This document shows, piece by piece, positions 63,104 through 64,000 of a stretch of 64,000 bases of DNA (its first letter is position 1; each line of letters opens with the position of its first letter). Under the pieces are notes generated by a model. It had not been told where the DNA came from and ran no database searches. It saw nothing but the letters and a program-made list of their open reading frames with translations. A program made the position numbers and the translations under genes. This stretch comes from Schmidtea polychroa (Eukaryota): assembly GCA_044892525.1 (NCBI GenBank), contig CM097886.1, positions 183,136,312 through 183,200,311 on the forward strand. Direction: 5' to 3'.

Positions 63104-63317
63104 NNNNNNNNNNNNNNNNNNNNNNNNNNNNNNNNNNNNNNNNNNNNNNNNNNNNNNNNNNNNNNNNNNNNNNNNNNNNNNNNNNNNNNNNNNNNNNNNN
63201 NNNNNNNNNNNNNNNNNNNNNNNNNNNNNNNNNNNNNNNNNNNNNNNNNNNNNNNNNNNNNNNNNNNNNNNNNNNNNNNNNNNNNNNNNNNNNNNNNNNN
63301 NNNNNNNNNNNNNNNNN
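63104..63317. other. N-run (214 N)
   Basis: Same flanks as 28513-28686. Confidence 0.9.
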
Positions 63318-63885
63318 CCTAAACAAACTGTTAACTCATTACTCAATCATTCAAAAAAAATTACCAAGAAAAAGAATTTTTATTTACTTTCATAAAAAAT
63401 TAACCTAGCTTACTTACAAAATTCCGATTTTTGAATTGGTTCTATTAATCAAATCTTCATTAGCGAGGAAAATATTCGAGATTCAGTTTGATAATCTATA
63501 TTCCAAATAAATTTAATCCGAAATTGAGTAAGATAATTCATTCCATTCCAGAAACATTTTTCATTAGCAAGCCCGTTCACTCGATCAACAAACGCGAACT
63601 GAAATAAATCGTGCTTTCAAGTGAGACCAACCATAATTTCCACGAATCGATTATCGTATCCAACAGAAACGACATTTATTTTACTACATTCCATTCGATT
63701 TGACCAGAGACAGTGAATATTTAACTTATCCTTCAAAAAATATTTGAGTAGGGTTCAGCCCTTATTTCCAAGTTAATAAAGGTTGTTCCACGCTTCCCAT
63801 AATATTTAAATTATTCTTCAAAAATTTTGAGCAGGATCCCTAAGTGTGACCAAAATTACTTCCAGCGACGGACCCGTGGGAGGTA

Positions 63886-64000
63886 GGGTATGATGGTCAT
63901 ATCCTCGGTCTAAGGTGGTCCTCAACCTTCTAAGGGTCAAAAACCGTCGAATTATATATCATTCAAAAGACTTTTGATGGCAAGTTCAAAGGTCATACCT
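63886..64000. repeat. Start of a third tandem unit (copy C)
   Basis: Matches 29255-29369 and shares B's lack of the 117 bp found at A 69-185. Confidence 0.9.

Larger units (their letters stand above)
29255..63885. repeat. Tandem segmental repeat unit, copy B (34,631 bp)
   Basis: Colinear with 1-29254. Longer because of a 960-bp MITE, a full 2.4-kb hAT, an undeleted gag, 24 more minisatellite units and a 2x142-bp exon gain. Confidence 0.95.

Noticed and set aside
1-64000. rRNA/tRNA genes or prokaryotic operons
   Set aside because: No recognisable rRNA/tRNA sequence; spliceosomal introns and eukaryotic TE families indicate nuclear eukaryotic DNA.

Overview
AT-rich eukaryotic DNA, probably from an invertebrate (organism not determinable here). 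The window is a head-to-tail tandem array of a ~29-35 kb unit: copy A = 1-29254, copy B = 29255-63885, and a third copy starts at 63886. Each unit carries one spliced minus-strand gene that the ORF track only shows as fragments. I assembled it by hand from GT-AG introns of 40-55 nt: an ankyrin-repeat protein ending in a C3HC4-type RING finger, probably an E3 ubiquitin ligase (21 exons, ~892 aa in A; 23 exons, ~958 aa in B). Most repeats sit on single phase-0 exons of ~99 nt. Copy B has gained two extra in-frame chimeric repeat exons. By-eye comparison finds only amino-acid-changing A/B differences in exons 3-7, many at the ankyrin positions that form the binding surface, while the C-terminal exons differ mostly silently. 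This looks like a diversifying, DARPin-like substrate-receptor array. Three large introns and the spacer hold TE debris: Gypsy, Penelope-like (5'-inverted, with a hammerhead-like motif), Tc1, hAT (Buster- and Ac-like), piggyBac, a TA-flanked MITE and an internally deleted actin pseudogene. A 68-bp minisatellite (13 vs 37 units) derives from piggyBac coding sequence. All alignments and counts were done by eye. No rRNA, tRNA or CRISPR array is supported.
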